Both the position numbers and the translations under genes were made by a program. This document shows positions 26,701-39,400 of a stretch of 64,000 nucleotides of DNA, piece by piece (position 1 is the first letter of the stretch; each line of letters begins with the position of its first letter). Origin of the DNA: Ramazzottius varieornatus (Eukaryota > Animalia > Tardigrada); the NCBI GenBank assembly GCA_001949185.1, contig BDGG01000007.1, positions 1,508,730 to 1,572,729 of the forward strand. The letters run 5' to 3'. The notes below the pieces were generated by a model. It saw nothing but the letters and a program-made list of their open reading frames with translations, was not told the DNA's origin and searched no databases.

Positions 26701-27454
26701 GGTGAAGCCATAGATTCGACTCTGGATCGTGGACACAGATGTAATGCGTATCTGGAAAAACAAAAAAGAAAATGTTTTCGTCACTTTTTGTCCAAGAAGA
26801 ACTAAACGGAGCTGACCGGAAGTGACCAGCAGGGGAAAGGCTAAGAAGGACGCGTCGATGGCGAGCCATAGGGTAGAAAACCCGGACAACACAAATCAGC
26901 TGGACGAAAAGAAGGGATTTATGGCTCACCATCCAGTAAAATTCCAAAATTGTTTGTTTACGTTGATACATCACTCTGGTTAATACGTTTCATCTCAACA
27001 GGAATCTTTCCCGTCTCTTTTCGTTTTCCTTAACATTTTTCCAGGAGAAAGTACCTTGCTTGTTGTGTTGCTCATGTAGGGTGATGTGAACAAGTCCAGA
27101 GTCTTGCTCCGGAGACGTTTCAGCCACTTGAAAGACTTCACTGGTCTGGAATGATGCACAGTCGTCGCCACGGTTGGCCGACACCGTCGTAAATTTTATC
27201 GTGGTGTTGGGAGCGATGTTGAGGCCAAAGATCCGGACAGCAGTACTGGCCTCCCAGATGATATGGACGATCCCAGCGCCGAAGCCGTGTTGTGAGTCGG
27301 AGTCGATGCGTAACCCGCTAAGCTTTGGTGTAGCTGAGGAGAGGCGCTCATCGCTGATGTTCACCTGTCTCCGGAATCGCAAATGAAACGGTATATTTGA
27401 AGCACTAACAGCCAGAACCTCAAACAGTATCAGTAACAACAAATAATTTAACAT
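23739..27454 (-). CDS. CNNM: Metal transporter CNNM (unextended-like)
   Basis: Signal peptide; DUF21 ([43 protein letters not shown]); CBS pair ([37 protein letters not shown]); CNBH ([25 protein letters not shown]). Confidence 0.96.
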
Positions 27455-28021
27455 GATGGACAACAGTCAGGGAACTTCCGTCACGAGACTACCATCCTCG
27501 TGAGAATCTGGGAACTGTGAAGTGTGAAGTGAGTCAAGTGACCAAGATTCAAAAGAAAACGCGAAAAAAATTGAATTGGAGTCGCTTGATTGTTGATTTG
27601 CGGAACTCGTCGTTTTCGGGGTTTGATTGACCAATTGTACGCAGCCCGAACAATCAGACCGAACCGACTGAATCAAAATAGATGGCGCTTTCTCGGCCCC
27701 CTGGTATATGTTTAAACTGGAATGTCGCAAGACTGCTTTCAGAGCCTTCAAAAACACTTCTGAAGTTGAACCGAAAGTCTCAGCTATAAAATCTGAGGTA
27801 AATGTGCGTTTGAAAAATGCCAGTGCGTAATATGATTAACACACTATCGAACCAGAAGTCCAGAACTCGGTCTGAGCTATTCTCAACGATCTACGTAGGC
27901 TTGAGGCGGGTGAACGGGCACCGGCCCCCGAGCTGGCCTTTCGCACAGCGCAAGCTCCATTTTCCTGGACCACCTGTGGACTTCAGACAAGATCGGGCAA
28001 GTGAGGCAACCATGTTCTACT

Positions 28022-28500
28022 CTAGCCGGCTCGCTTGAGACAGCACGACAAGTACTTTGCTGTCATGGCTCGGAACGACCTGCGGAACCATCTGTTGGTC
28101 GAGTAACACAGAACGAATATAGTCGCTGTACTTACGTGCGCCGGTACAGTGATACGGTTCCCACTTCCCAGGTAGATCCACGCAGGTATAGTGCGATATC
28201 GATGACCGGAGCCACCATCAAGGGGATGGCCAGAGGGAGCCACGCTACAAGGTATACAGCGCAAGTACGAAAGAGGGTCCACACCAGTGTGAGTTCTCGC
28301 TGGAAAACTCGCGACCTTCGTCTGGACTGTCGTGGAATAAACATGGTTGCTGGCTCGGACTAAATGTTCGCGTCCGACACCACGATGATGCTTGGGTTCT
28401 GTTCCGTTCGGGTATGATAAGAAGAACTTTCGTCTAAGCGGACCTCGGTGAGGCTCGAGAACATACCGGAATTTCTTGATTCCCAGCTCACATTTAGGTT
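28022..28500 (-). pseudogene. Class A GPCR C-terminal fragment (ICL3-TM6-TM7-helix 8), disrupted
   Basis: RELTLVWTLFRTCAVYLVAWLPLAI resembles TM6 (xWLP); after a frameshift near 28195, PAWIYL...AHVSTATIFVLCYSTNRWFRRSF...CC resembles TM7/H8. In-frame TAG at 28360-28362; TM1-5 not found. Confidence 0.6.
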
Positions 28501-29002
28501 ACTTAACTCCACAAAATTATTCTAAAAATTAGACATGCTGTGAGACTGTGAGCACTCATTCGACAGAACAGAAAATGTAAAAGAATTCAATAAAAACGAA
28601 CGACAGTAACATCTCAGCTATACTTAAGGCCAGTACGGACGTGCAGATTTTATATTAATTTTAATTCCCAACCCGATTCCCAGGCACCGTTCCCGGTCCT
28701 GTTTTTGGGTGGGAATAATTATCCCTATACTGAAATTCTGGACTCGTTCGGGTGGGAATATTCCAAGCATTCGCGCCCTTAGTCTGGACTTGAAAGTTGA
28801 AAATTAGTTGGCACTCCTTTTACAGTATCGCAATCTCCACAATTAAGGCGTTTTTATGCCCGTATCAGCCCGTATAAAGTTTTCAATTTTTTTATTTTGG
28901 ATTCCGTTTCTTTAGTCCTGGACCTTTGGTGCCAGTTTTCCCGCCATTTCATCCAATTGCATCGACTAACTGTGCCAGGTTGCAAGCGTTTGATGTGGAA
29001 AC

Positions 29003-32000
29003 ATGGTCGACCACGAGTCAGCCATGCAGCCTACCCAAACGGACAAACGTTCAGGCACAGTAACCCACCGGCTGACATCCTCGACTTTGGCTATTTACAA
29101 GGCGGTGCTGGCATTAGACACCATTCTCACCAAAGGGGACAAGCGGTGGCTGCTTTACGGTAAGCATGCAGTCATGGTAAGCATGTGGTAACTACGCGCG
29201 CTGATGTTTTACTGGAAGGATATGCTGTAACGTCATCTTCCTTTGTAGTGCAAAGCTGCTGGCTGCTTGCTAGACCTATACGATGGACAGCGCAGTCCAG
29301 CACCAACTCTTGCGGACCTCCTCCTTCTTCACCCACTGATACGTCCGGCGAGGAAAAGGCTGTTCGAGCCTTCAAGGAGAGCGATATTCACGGAATCTGC
29401 GTAAATGGTGAGCTGGATTATGCCAATTTGCTTCCTCGGTAGAATGCACTCAATAGTGTCCACCTGTTGCATCACTTCCCGTGAATTGGCGTGAAACAAT
29501 GCATCACTGTCTGACTTGAACATTTGCACTAACCGTCGTCTATCGCTCGAAATGTCCAACGTCACAGTGTATGCTCTTGCTGCCCGCCGCGGCTGTTTCT
29601 CGGCTAACCTCCCGATAATTTGCAGACCGGAAGTCATTCACTTCCGGTGAGTTTGACTGCACACTTCCGACCCGTATATGCGTGTACGGAGACCATTCGT
29701 TTCGCGTCTTTAAGGCTTGTGCCAGCAGCCAGGAGCACATATCTTTTCGGTGAGTGATCCTCATCGTTTTAATACAGGTTGAAGGTTGGCAAGCTTGTAA
29801 TAGAATGATAGCTGGCTTTTTCTGCAGGTCGGTATGTGAGGAACAAGTGCTGGATGACTGGATAATAACCGCGCGCATTCTGACTGATGATCGGATCGCG
29901 CTAATTTCAGCCCACAACCGTCTATGCCTCTTCAACGCCGACGCCAGCGTTTGTCACTCCACCATTTCTTGCAAAGACTTTCACATTCTGTACGTTGCTG
30001 GTTTTTCTTTTTTACCTTGTTTCATGTGAAAGTTCCGCTTTATCGTCCACTGTAGTCTTCATAGTTATTACGTTTCACAGGTATTCAGCCTTCATCCACG
30101 AAGAAATGAACAGCGACGCAGCGGGAGCGCACAATGGTCAGCTAGTCATCTTTGGCGGTACGGTCTCTAACTACCTGTCCATCTGGTCACCGGAAATCCC
30201 TGACGAACTTCCGTCGAGAATGTCCTGCGCTACTCTGCATAAGTTACAAGGACATTCGGTACGGCCAACTTTGTTTCTGCGGAACGAAAAAATTTTCGTG
30301 AGGATTTTTGAACTTTGTCGGAGTATTTCCTCATCGGCTGTTCCTTCCTTGCAGGGTGTCATCTTCGACATAAAGTTCGACGGTAGTCAGCAGCTGCTAT
30401 GCTCGACCTCGGACGATCGGTCATGCCGAATCTACCGCGTTGTCTTTCCTTCCTCTGCTTCTAGTCAGAGCATCGGCCGGCAGAAATGGGCTGGAGCTTC
30501 TTTCCAGCTACTGCAGGCCGTCTTCGGCCACGAAGCGCGTGTCTGGCGAGTCCTGATCCTGGCCAACCTTCGCCTCCTGACTATTGGCGAAGACCTGCGT
30601 CTGTGTCTGTGGAATGCCGCAGATGGTGGCCTGATCAAACAATGGTCAGGACAGCACAGCGGTCTCAACATTTGGAGCGTCACCGCTGAACAAGGTACGG
30701 CATCAACCTGATATCTGCTTAGAAGTACATTGATGGATTTGCTTTTTCTTTTGCAGTGAACCAAGACTGGGTAGAAATCTTCACCGGTGGCGCTGATGGT
30801 AGCATTATCCAGAATGGCTTTAGCACTTCGGCCCGTAATAATGGAGGTATGATGGGTGGCGATACTCGCAGTAGCGTGGCTCCATCCTCGAAGAGGGTGC
30901 GCCATGTGGCCATCATGGAGGAAGACCAGCTGTTGATAGTAGTAGATGGTGGCCTGTTGTACTCGGTACAAGTGGCAAAGGGCCAGTGGACTTTGCGATG
31001 GCAAGATGTCGCCTTGAAGCAGTGCGTAGCTTTAACCAGCCATAAGGGGCTACGCAAAACGGCCATTATCACTTGTACTGGCCTAGTAGCAATTTACGAT
31101 GCTGGCCATACCGCCCAGATGAAGTGGCTGGTGGACGTCAGCTGTCACTGCCTGCAGGCTCTTTGGATTAGCGGGGCTGGCCAGAAGGCAGTCAGCCTGC
31201 TGGTTTCCGGTCCCAGTCAGGTCTTTCACTTGTTGGCTTATGACAGCGCAAAGACCTTGCTGGAGAAGACTGCAACCCTGCGCATGCCGCAAAACACCTG
31301 GATAACGGCGGCAGCACAGGTGGAGCATGTCTTGATATGTGGAGATCGCGCGGGCTCGTTACGCATATTTCAATTGGAGGAAGACCGTTGGCAAGAAGGA
31401 GAGGTGCTACTGCATGTCCACGGGGACAGCCAAGTGTGCCAGGTAGGCTTTTTTTGCACCTAGGCCGCTTGATTGGATGTGTGAGCAAGGGAGTTTCGTT
31501 CTAATCTATTGGCCGATAGACCACCAGCTTTGATGAGGGGCTTTGTTTGTTTGACAGGTTGAAGACAGCAGTGACGGGGTGGTAGTGACAGCCGGCCGCA
31601 GTGGACAAGTTATCTGCTGGCGTCTGACAGGATCGAGGCTGGACAAGTTGCGGGTCATGCAGGTGGACAAGTCCATTATCGAATGGATGTCGGGCTTTGT
31701 CTTGCCGGCGGGCAAGGTGACCGACCTCGTCGTCTTGGGCTTTCGAGGCCGCAAGTTTGTGGCGCTGGCCATGGCCGGTCAGGACAAGGTGATGGAGGTG
31801 GACTGCGGCGGTGCTCATCGCTCCAACGACTGGGCTTACTTTACCGCCAGCGCTCTTGCACGCTTCGCTTTCGTCAAGACTACCTCGGTCAAGTGGCGCG
31901 ATGCCCAGTTACTCTCCCGCGCTGCAGCGCAACGACCTTCCTTGGTCAGAGTGGGCTTGCACGGACTGCAAATCTGGTCAGCTGGCTGTTTGCAATCAGC

Positions 32001-33379
32001 CGAAGGACGAGGCTGGACCCTGGCCACGGCTAGCGAGGATACCTCCATCAAAATCTGGACGGTGTCGCCGCTGGATGACATGACGGCGGCGGCGCCTCCA
32101 AAGGGGCTGACGGCGCTGCTGGCTACCGCTCAACAACATTTGTCGTCGGTCCGCGTCCTAAAGCAGTCCCTGCTGATGCCCAACAGCCTTTACAGGTACA
32201 GTATGGCACCTTGTTCCCTTGGTCATATGGCGTAACTCTACGTAGTCAAACCCTTCTGGTTGCGTTTTTCCAGACTGAAAAGCGGTGGCCAAGAAATTAT
32301 CATATTCTCCAATTCTCTATCTTTGTCTGTGTAGTGGCGGTGGTCGCGGGCAGTTGTTGCTGTGGCGTTGTGCGGATAGTGCGCTGTGGACAGAAAACGT
32401 CAGCGTGGTGGCCAGCTGGTCCTTGTATGCCGACACTGTGCGCAAACGCTGGTCCGACGACGCCATCCTGCAGCCTGACACGCGCATCATGGACCTGGAC
32501 GTGGTGGCGCTGCAGCAGCTCGAGCTTTGCGCCGCAGCCAGCTCCGATGGCCGCCTGCGCTTTTTCCTCAGCTGTCCCCACAGCCAACGCTGGCTGCTGC
32601 CCATAGGACAAAGCAGTGCTTTCCCCTGCTGCCTCTTGCAAGTACGACTGCTGCAGTGGGATGCTTTCTTGTGGGTGCTGTCGGCGGGCACCGACGGCAT
32701 GCTGACTATTGTCGACATTACGCACTTGATGGCTATGCCCAGTGGTGACGCGCCTGTCGTCGATATGCAGAAGACCGACGTGGTCGTGTCTAGACGACTG
32801 CATCAGTCCGGTATCGGCGCCCTCGACCTTCGCTGGCTGCGCCATCAAGACCGTCTGCACATTGCCAGCGGCGGCGATGATGGCGCCATCTGCCTCCTCT
32901 CCCTTCATCCCCGCCAGCCAGCGACACAAGAAGCTGCACTAAGATGCAACAGCGCGGCTCACAATACCCAGATTTCCGGTAGGTTCCTCCACTCTACTTC
33001 TTCTTAGATTAAGGCACCCACTGTAACCATGCAGTACGTTGTTGTTGACAGGTTTGTCCTGGTTGAGCAGCAGTCGTGTCGTCAGTGTGGCCAAGGACCA
33101 GCTGGTCAAGCTGTGGAAAGTCGACTGGACAAACAGAACGGTAATATCATGTAGTTCCTTCTTTCAACAAGCTGCTTATCCCATAGTCTTTTGGACTGGA
33201 GGTGGCTTTTTGTTTAGATTGAGCTGCAACAGTGGCTGTTCAGCTGTGTCTGCGACGTGTCCTGCCTCAGCGTCTGCCAGGGCAATGGTTCAAGAGGCAG
33301 CGAGGAGAAAGACCAGAGAAGAGATGTACTAGTAGCCGGTGCCGGCTTTGAGCTGCTGCGCCTTGATATGGGACCATAG
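29003..33379 (+). CDS. WDR6: WD-repeat protein 6 (Trm734 ortholog, tRNA 2'-O-methylation cofactor)
   Basis: DDWII, ILYSA, GGTVSNYLSIW, GHSGVIFDI, STSDDRSCRIY, FGHEARVWRV, CGDRAGSL, VDCGGAHRS, ATASEDTSIKIW, HLSSVR, SGGGRGQL, DTRIMDL, LHQSGI, SGGDDGAI are WDR6 hallmark motifs. Confidence 0.94.
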
Positions 33380-36300
33380 GTACGCACAAGAAAAACAGGT
33401 GGCATTACCGATGGAAGACAAGACGCTTCCCTGCTATTTATGCATTTTGCTCATGCGGCCTGCGATTCTTACAGGCTCTATAGGAAATAATTTAGAAGCT
33501 ACTGGCGGGCCAGCTGCTTGTCATTCAGCGATGCCAGGCGTCGTGTACGTAGAACATGCAACGAATTAACCCCAGGATTTCTCGTTCATATTAGCGTAGC
33601 TCCAACAGGACCGACTGACAAAGTGGCTTTCTAGGTATCAACTGAAGAGTGGTTTGGTCTATCAATGGCAAAGGACCACAGTGTTCTCAAGAGAATGAAT
33701 CGGCTCAACGATGGCTAGTATAAAGTGGGCATGGGGCGACACGTAGGATCAGAGTTTGCTGGAAGACACTGGCGTCTTTCCTGGACAACCCATAGGTGAG
33801 TACGCATAGACCTTTTTGCTTGTGTGGCTTATTGTCACGTGTGGAAGGGCTGGTGTCGTCCGGTCAGTTTCTGGACCATCTGTGCTGGACAGGTTGAGAA
33901 GGAAAGATGTAGGACAGATACGGTCTCAGACTGCTCGATCCTCTGCTTTGTATACGGGGAAGCCGTACGTCAGGTCAGATTCCACAGCTGGGCTACGCTC
34001 CACTGTGTGCTGGCACGTAGACGGAGGAAGCGTACACCCGACGGGAAGATAATGATAGCGTGTCTTGTGGGTGGTTGCCGTCATTCCTCGAATTGCTCGA
34101 GCTTATCGATATGCAGGACACGTCAAGTTGTCTGTTGGGACAGGTCCTCTGTGGTGGTAAGTAAGACACCAGCATGTGGGTTTGCATAGTAGGACGATGC
34201 AGCACTTGCAGGGAAGTATCCTAGCCCTTCCCTCTCTCCCTCTTGCTGATGCGAGGCTGGCCTTTGCCTGCGCTATCAGTCCTTCCTTCCCTCCTCGCTC
34301 CCGTTGTTAGTACGAGTTGCATGGCGCCGTTCACTGCCTGTGCCAATGCTGTATGGCTCAGGGCCGGCTGGGGTCGCCGTCACGTCAAGACAGCAGCCCA
34401 GGCAGTTTAGCCCGACTTTTTACCCAGGCTGCAGCCATCGCGGGCAAGTACGTCCAACCGTTTATCGCTCTTGTTCTTTCACCTTTCTCCTTCTTGTCCG
34501 TCTTTTACCATTCCTTGAAAGGATCAAGGCTTTTTTTGCTTTCCGGGGAATTTGTGACAGTGGATTATATAGTGGAGTACCACGGCCGTTCTCTTTTGCT
34601 GATCAGTGGAAAGGTGCCACGCCATGATTGCAAACTGATCGGACGTTGTCGCAGGTGCGTCACTTGATCTGGGCAGTGTGTCCATTCCGGATGGACTCCG
34701 ATAGAGAGTCTACTAACTCTTCGGTGTTGTCTTACTTTATTCCGATATGTGGTTCCGGTAGTGGATAATATGTGATGCAGAGCCTTCGGCAAACTGACGG
34801 AAGGTGTCACATGCACGTTTTTCGCTGGAAGGAGCTGTCCTTGTTTTAGCTTGGTGTAGCAATTAAGGTGGCTGGAGTATATCAGGCCGATCATGACTCG
34901 TCAGAAGTCACCAAGTTAAGTGACGGACCGCTGCAGGATTTTATGTGGTTGAAGGAGCTTTGGAGATGGCATATCAGCGTTGGTCCGATGTACAGGTCAC
35001 ATTATTTTTTTACGCGGCGGTCTTCCCCAAGTTTGTCTTTGGCTGAAGCAGTGGTCGATATAAGCTGTGAGCCAGAGCGTGATATGTGCTGTAGGGCGCT
35101 AGGTTGCTGGCATGGCTTGTTGCATGAGGATGATGTGGTTATGAATGGTGGGGAGCGGGTTTAGGCCGGCAAAAGGGGATATTGATCATTTTGACTAAGT
35201 TGGCCGCTGCATGCCATGCATACCAACCAGCACACTACTGCATTGCCATAACATGTTCCCCTTTTGCCGGCCAGCTGCTGGCCATCTTAATGACGGCCCC
35301 ATATTCCTCCTTGCTTCATGGCTGTGATCTAGCTGTTAACCAAGTTAAACATGCACTTAACTTCCAACCAGCCTTGACGTGCTTTGTGGACTGGCAATCA
35401 CGTTAACTGACATGCGTAAAGGGCAGTGGCGGCAAACTTGGTGGGGATGTCGGCCTTTTGTAGAGTACGGGGTGACCAGAAAAAGCTTGAGTTTGCCATA
35501 TGTCAGTGTGCAACAATGGTGTGTCATTAGTGATCACTAATTATGGTGGCGGATGATACGGTAAATATGTAGTAGCACCAAGAGGAGGTTGAATAATTTC
35601 AATGGGAAATGTGAGGACAGCAGACAAAATGTTGCAGCTGGTTGTTGGCGGTGGGGTTCGCCGCATTGCGGGAGGGCCAGCTTGTGTGTATGTGGGGGGA
35701 CAGGGAGGGCAGGCAGGCACTGTGACACTTACACAACACATCGGGGCCATCATTGTGCCATTATCTTGTTGAATTGGCCAAGTTAGTGAATGTGATGTGG
35801 ATGGGATGGAAAGGAGAGGAGAGGCAGCAAGAGATGAAAATGGGATGTGATCTCATCTGGCAAGAGCCAGCTACAGCTCGCCAACCCCAGCCAGCCGCCG
35901 TCCTTTACGTCAGCCTTCATTTCCATCCCCACCATGGCCTATGCGCCTTCCCCCTCTCTCCTGCCACATGTCAAATCTCCTGACTTTGCACTCTTTCCTC
36001 CCATTACGCATGACACTAGTCTCTTCCGGACCTGTGATGTCATCTCCGCCACTCCGAAAGCATTAACCTAAATAGGCCAGCTTTTCCAGGGGTTTAATCT
36101 GCTGATGATTCGTTTGCCATATCTGACGTAAGGGCGACACAATCTGCGCAAATTGCTCCTGCAAATTGCGGTACATGTTGGCTGTAAGAAACCTGAGAGG
36201 CGGCTTTCTGCCTGTTGGTAAGGCTATTTTGATAGTCTTAGTCCTCGGCCATCCAGCAAGGTCTTTGTTTTTATTAAGGATGGAATGGTGAAAGTGGCTG

Positions 36301-36476
36301 ACCAAGGTTTCTTTTCCACAGAGAAGTTTGAGGTGATGGATGGTATGGGGCCGAAGATGGGGTGGCAGTGGTGAAGGATGAATGGTTGTTGCGCTTGATG
36401 CAGCCAATTTAAGGCCTCGCTGTGCCCACTATACCGATGAGGTCGCGCGGCCTCGCTGGCGCCAAGAGAGGTAACG

Positions 36477-39400
36477 ATGGCCGACGCCTTCCCCGAGCCA
36501 GACCTATCTCATTTGACGGAAGAGGAAAGGCGGCAGATCCAGCAGGTCTTGCAGCGCCAAAAGCAGGAAGAGCAGAGAGAACAGCTGGTGCTGGGGTAAG
36601 AAACGTCCGACCAGCCCATCCCTCCCATGTGTCGCAATTGTCATGTCTAAGTCTAATTGACGTCTTACACGACAGGAACCTGGCACAGGAAGTGCAGCAG
36701 ATTGAGCAGCGTGTCCTGCAACAAAAGACCCAACAACAGCAGCCATCGCCATTTGGTGGTGCCAGTGATAAAGAGGGCCTCTGTGATATTTGTCAAAAGG
36801 TATGCTAATGTTATTTTCCGTTTTTTATCTGTTGAACTGACCATGTTTTCTGTGATAGGTCAAGTTTGCTGACGGCATTGGTGAGACGAAGTTCTGCTCG
36901 TTTTGTTTTCTGAACTCCCCCTCCTCCTTGGCTGTGTAATGTTATGTTATGTATCGTCTGCTTTCCAGGACACGAATGCAACTTCTGCCATCTGCATTCT
37001 TGTGCTAGGTATGTTTACAGTGATCGTTGTCGTCACCGCCCACTCCCACTTAACTGAATGTTTTTGGTTGAACAGATGCGGGTCGAAAGCCCCTATCAAG
37101 AATGGCAAGGTAAGAAGGGTGTGTTTGGTTCCTGATGGGAAGCCTCTCCCGGCAAATGAAGAAATGATAGAAATCTCAGTTCTCTGAACCCAGACAACTT
37201 TCTGGATATTATGGCATGATTGACGAGTGATGTGATTTGCAGTTTATCTGGATTTGCACACTGTGTCGCAAGAAGCAAGATTTGCTAAAAAAGACGGGTA
37301 AGCGTAATGAGGCGTGTGCACTTTGCCAATCAAGGATTGTCCATCAATGTGTAGTAGGCTGTTGTTCTGGCTGCAGGTAAATGGTACCATGGGAAAGGCG
37401 ACGAGCTGCTGGCGGAAATTGATGAAGCAGCCTTGGCCGGTGCGGGCGTCGGCCTTTCGCGTGATGGAACATCCTTGGTGGTCCATGGCCATGCAGCGGC
37501 CAGTGCCGTCCCTCCTCCCTCGCGCATCCTTCAGCGCCAGCAAAGCCACGACCCCAATGCCGTCCCTCGAGGTGCCTTGAGCAGTCAGCAGCAGCGTCAG
37601 CAGTCGCTGCGTCGACACGACACCGTCTCCCATAACGGGCCACCAGCAGCGGAGGCCTTGCGGGCCCAAGGACGACGGCCTTCCCTGCTGGCCGGCCCGC
37701 TACCACCGCCCTCCTCTGCCTTTGGCCCGGCTGCCAACAGTGCGAGGCCCCAGGCAACTTCAGCAGCCCCTCCTGCTGCTGCCAGTGGCCATCGCTTCGG
37801 CCCGCCGGCGCTGGGTCCGCCACATGCCCCTCCTCAGGCGCGTCAGGCCCACCCACAGGTTGGTTTCTTCTTTCTGCCCTCTTGACCACCATACGCGTCT
37901 AACTTACCGCAAGTCACAATTATATGCCATCTGCTGGCCATCAGGCGGTTGTGATAGTATGGCCAGGGTCCGCGGTATACGAGAGGACAGCAGCACCCTC
38001 TGTGGTCTAAAGTGAGCTCAGCGCCCAGCAGAGGATGATGGAGTATTGGGTGTGTGGGAAAGTGCTGTAGGCCTGTGCAGCGACAAAGAGCCACACCTAG
38101 TTGATACAGCCCCGATTATGGTCAATAGGGGAGGCTGTATACTCGTCGACCTGCGAGGTACCTCGGCCTTTGTGCCAAAGTGTGAAAAGTGTGTACTTGA
38201 GGACAATAGGCAATCTCCTTGGCCACATCTGATCAAAATGGTGACGTATAGCGTCAGGCGGAGAGAAGAAAAGCCATGGCTCGATGAGGGAGATGGTTGA
38301 AGAAGGGGAGGGGTGGTAGATCAATGGATATCGTTAAAATGTCGGAGGAAGGAGGTGTTAAATTGTCAATATGCCTGACCGGCCGTTGTATTTGTTTAGG
38401 CAACCGCCAGCGGCAGCCTGCCCAAACGTGGCCCCGCACATCCTGTACATGCTGCTCCGTCAGGTGGTCCATCGGGCAATCAAGGGCCAGCACCGCTGCT
38501 GCGTCGCGCCCACAGTCAGGATCGTTACGGCAGCGAGTACCCCAGCGATCATTCCGAGTATGAGGCGCGGCGCGGCCACTGGCAGACGACGACGGCTCCT
38601 GCCGACCCTCATCCCTCCCTCCATCGACCAGGGCCGCTGCACCGTAGTGTAGCGGGCCAGCAAGCTCGTTCGGCCTCAGCAGCCGCTCTCTATCCACAGT
38701 TTTCTTTCAGCAGTTCCGAAGAAGAGATGCAGTCCAACATTTCCGACTTTACCATGGCGGACGACGGTTCCCTGCGCAGCTATGACAGCCAGCACTCTAT
38801 CCGCACTCACCCTGACTTGCGCCATGTCAGCTCGCCGCGGGGATTGCAGCGTCGCATGTGGCGACAAGCCTCGCAACAGGAGCAGGGCTATTACTCCCAG
38901 GAGGGATACACGTCCAGCGACTCTCGAGCGGTTAGTAATCATCCTCTAGTCTTTCCCTTGTTCCTCTAGGCTGTCACATCTGAAGATTTCTTCCACGTCG
39001 TGCGGCAGACAAAATGAGCTGCCCAAGTTGTTGATGATAGTTAGCGAGGTCTAATGTTGAATGTTGTTGGCAGGGTTCGCGGGATGTGGTATGGCGAGAG
39101 TCGGAGGATGGTCGGCGACTGATTGGCCATCTGATGCTCCGCTGTGACCAATTTAACAATGGGGAAGGAGGGATGGGTCGTGGCTACAGTCTGCCTTCCC
39201 AGATTGGCTTGCGGGTGGAAGGGGGCAAACGGACAGCCAGTGGGCGACTGGCGGCCTTCATTGTCCGCGTCAAACGCGGCAGCGTGGCCGACGTGGTGGG
39301 CCAGCTACGGCCCGCCGACGAGGTCTTAGAGTGGAACGGTGTGGGGCTGCGCGGCTTGGCCTTCCACGAAGTGTACAGCATCCTGGAGGACAGCCGGCAG

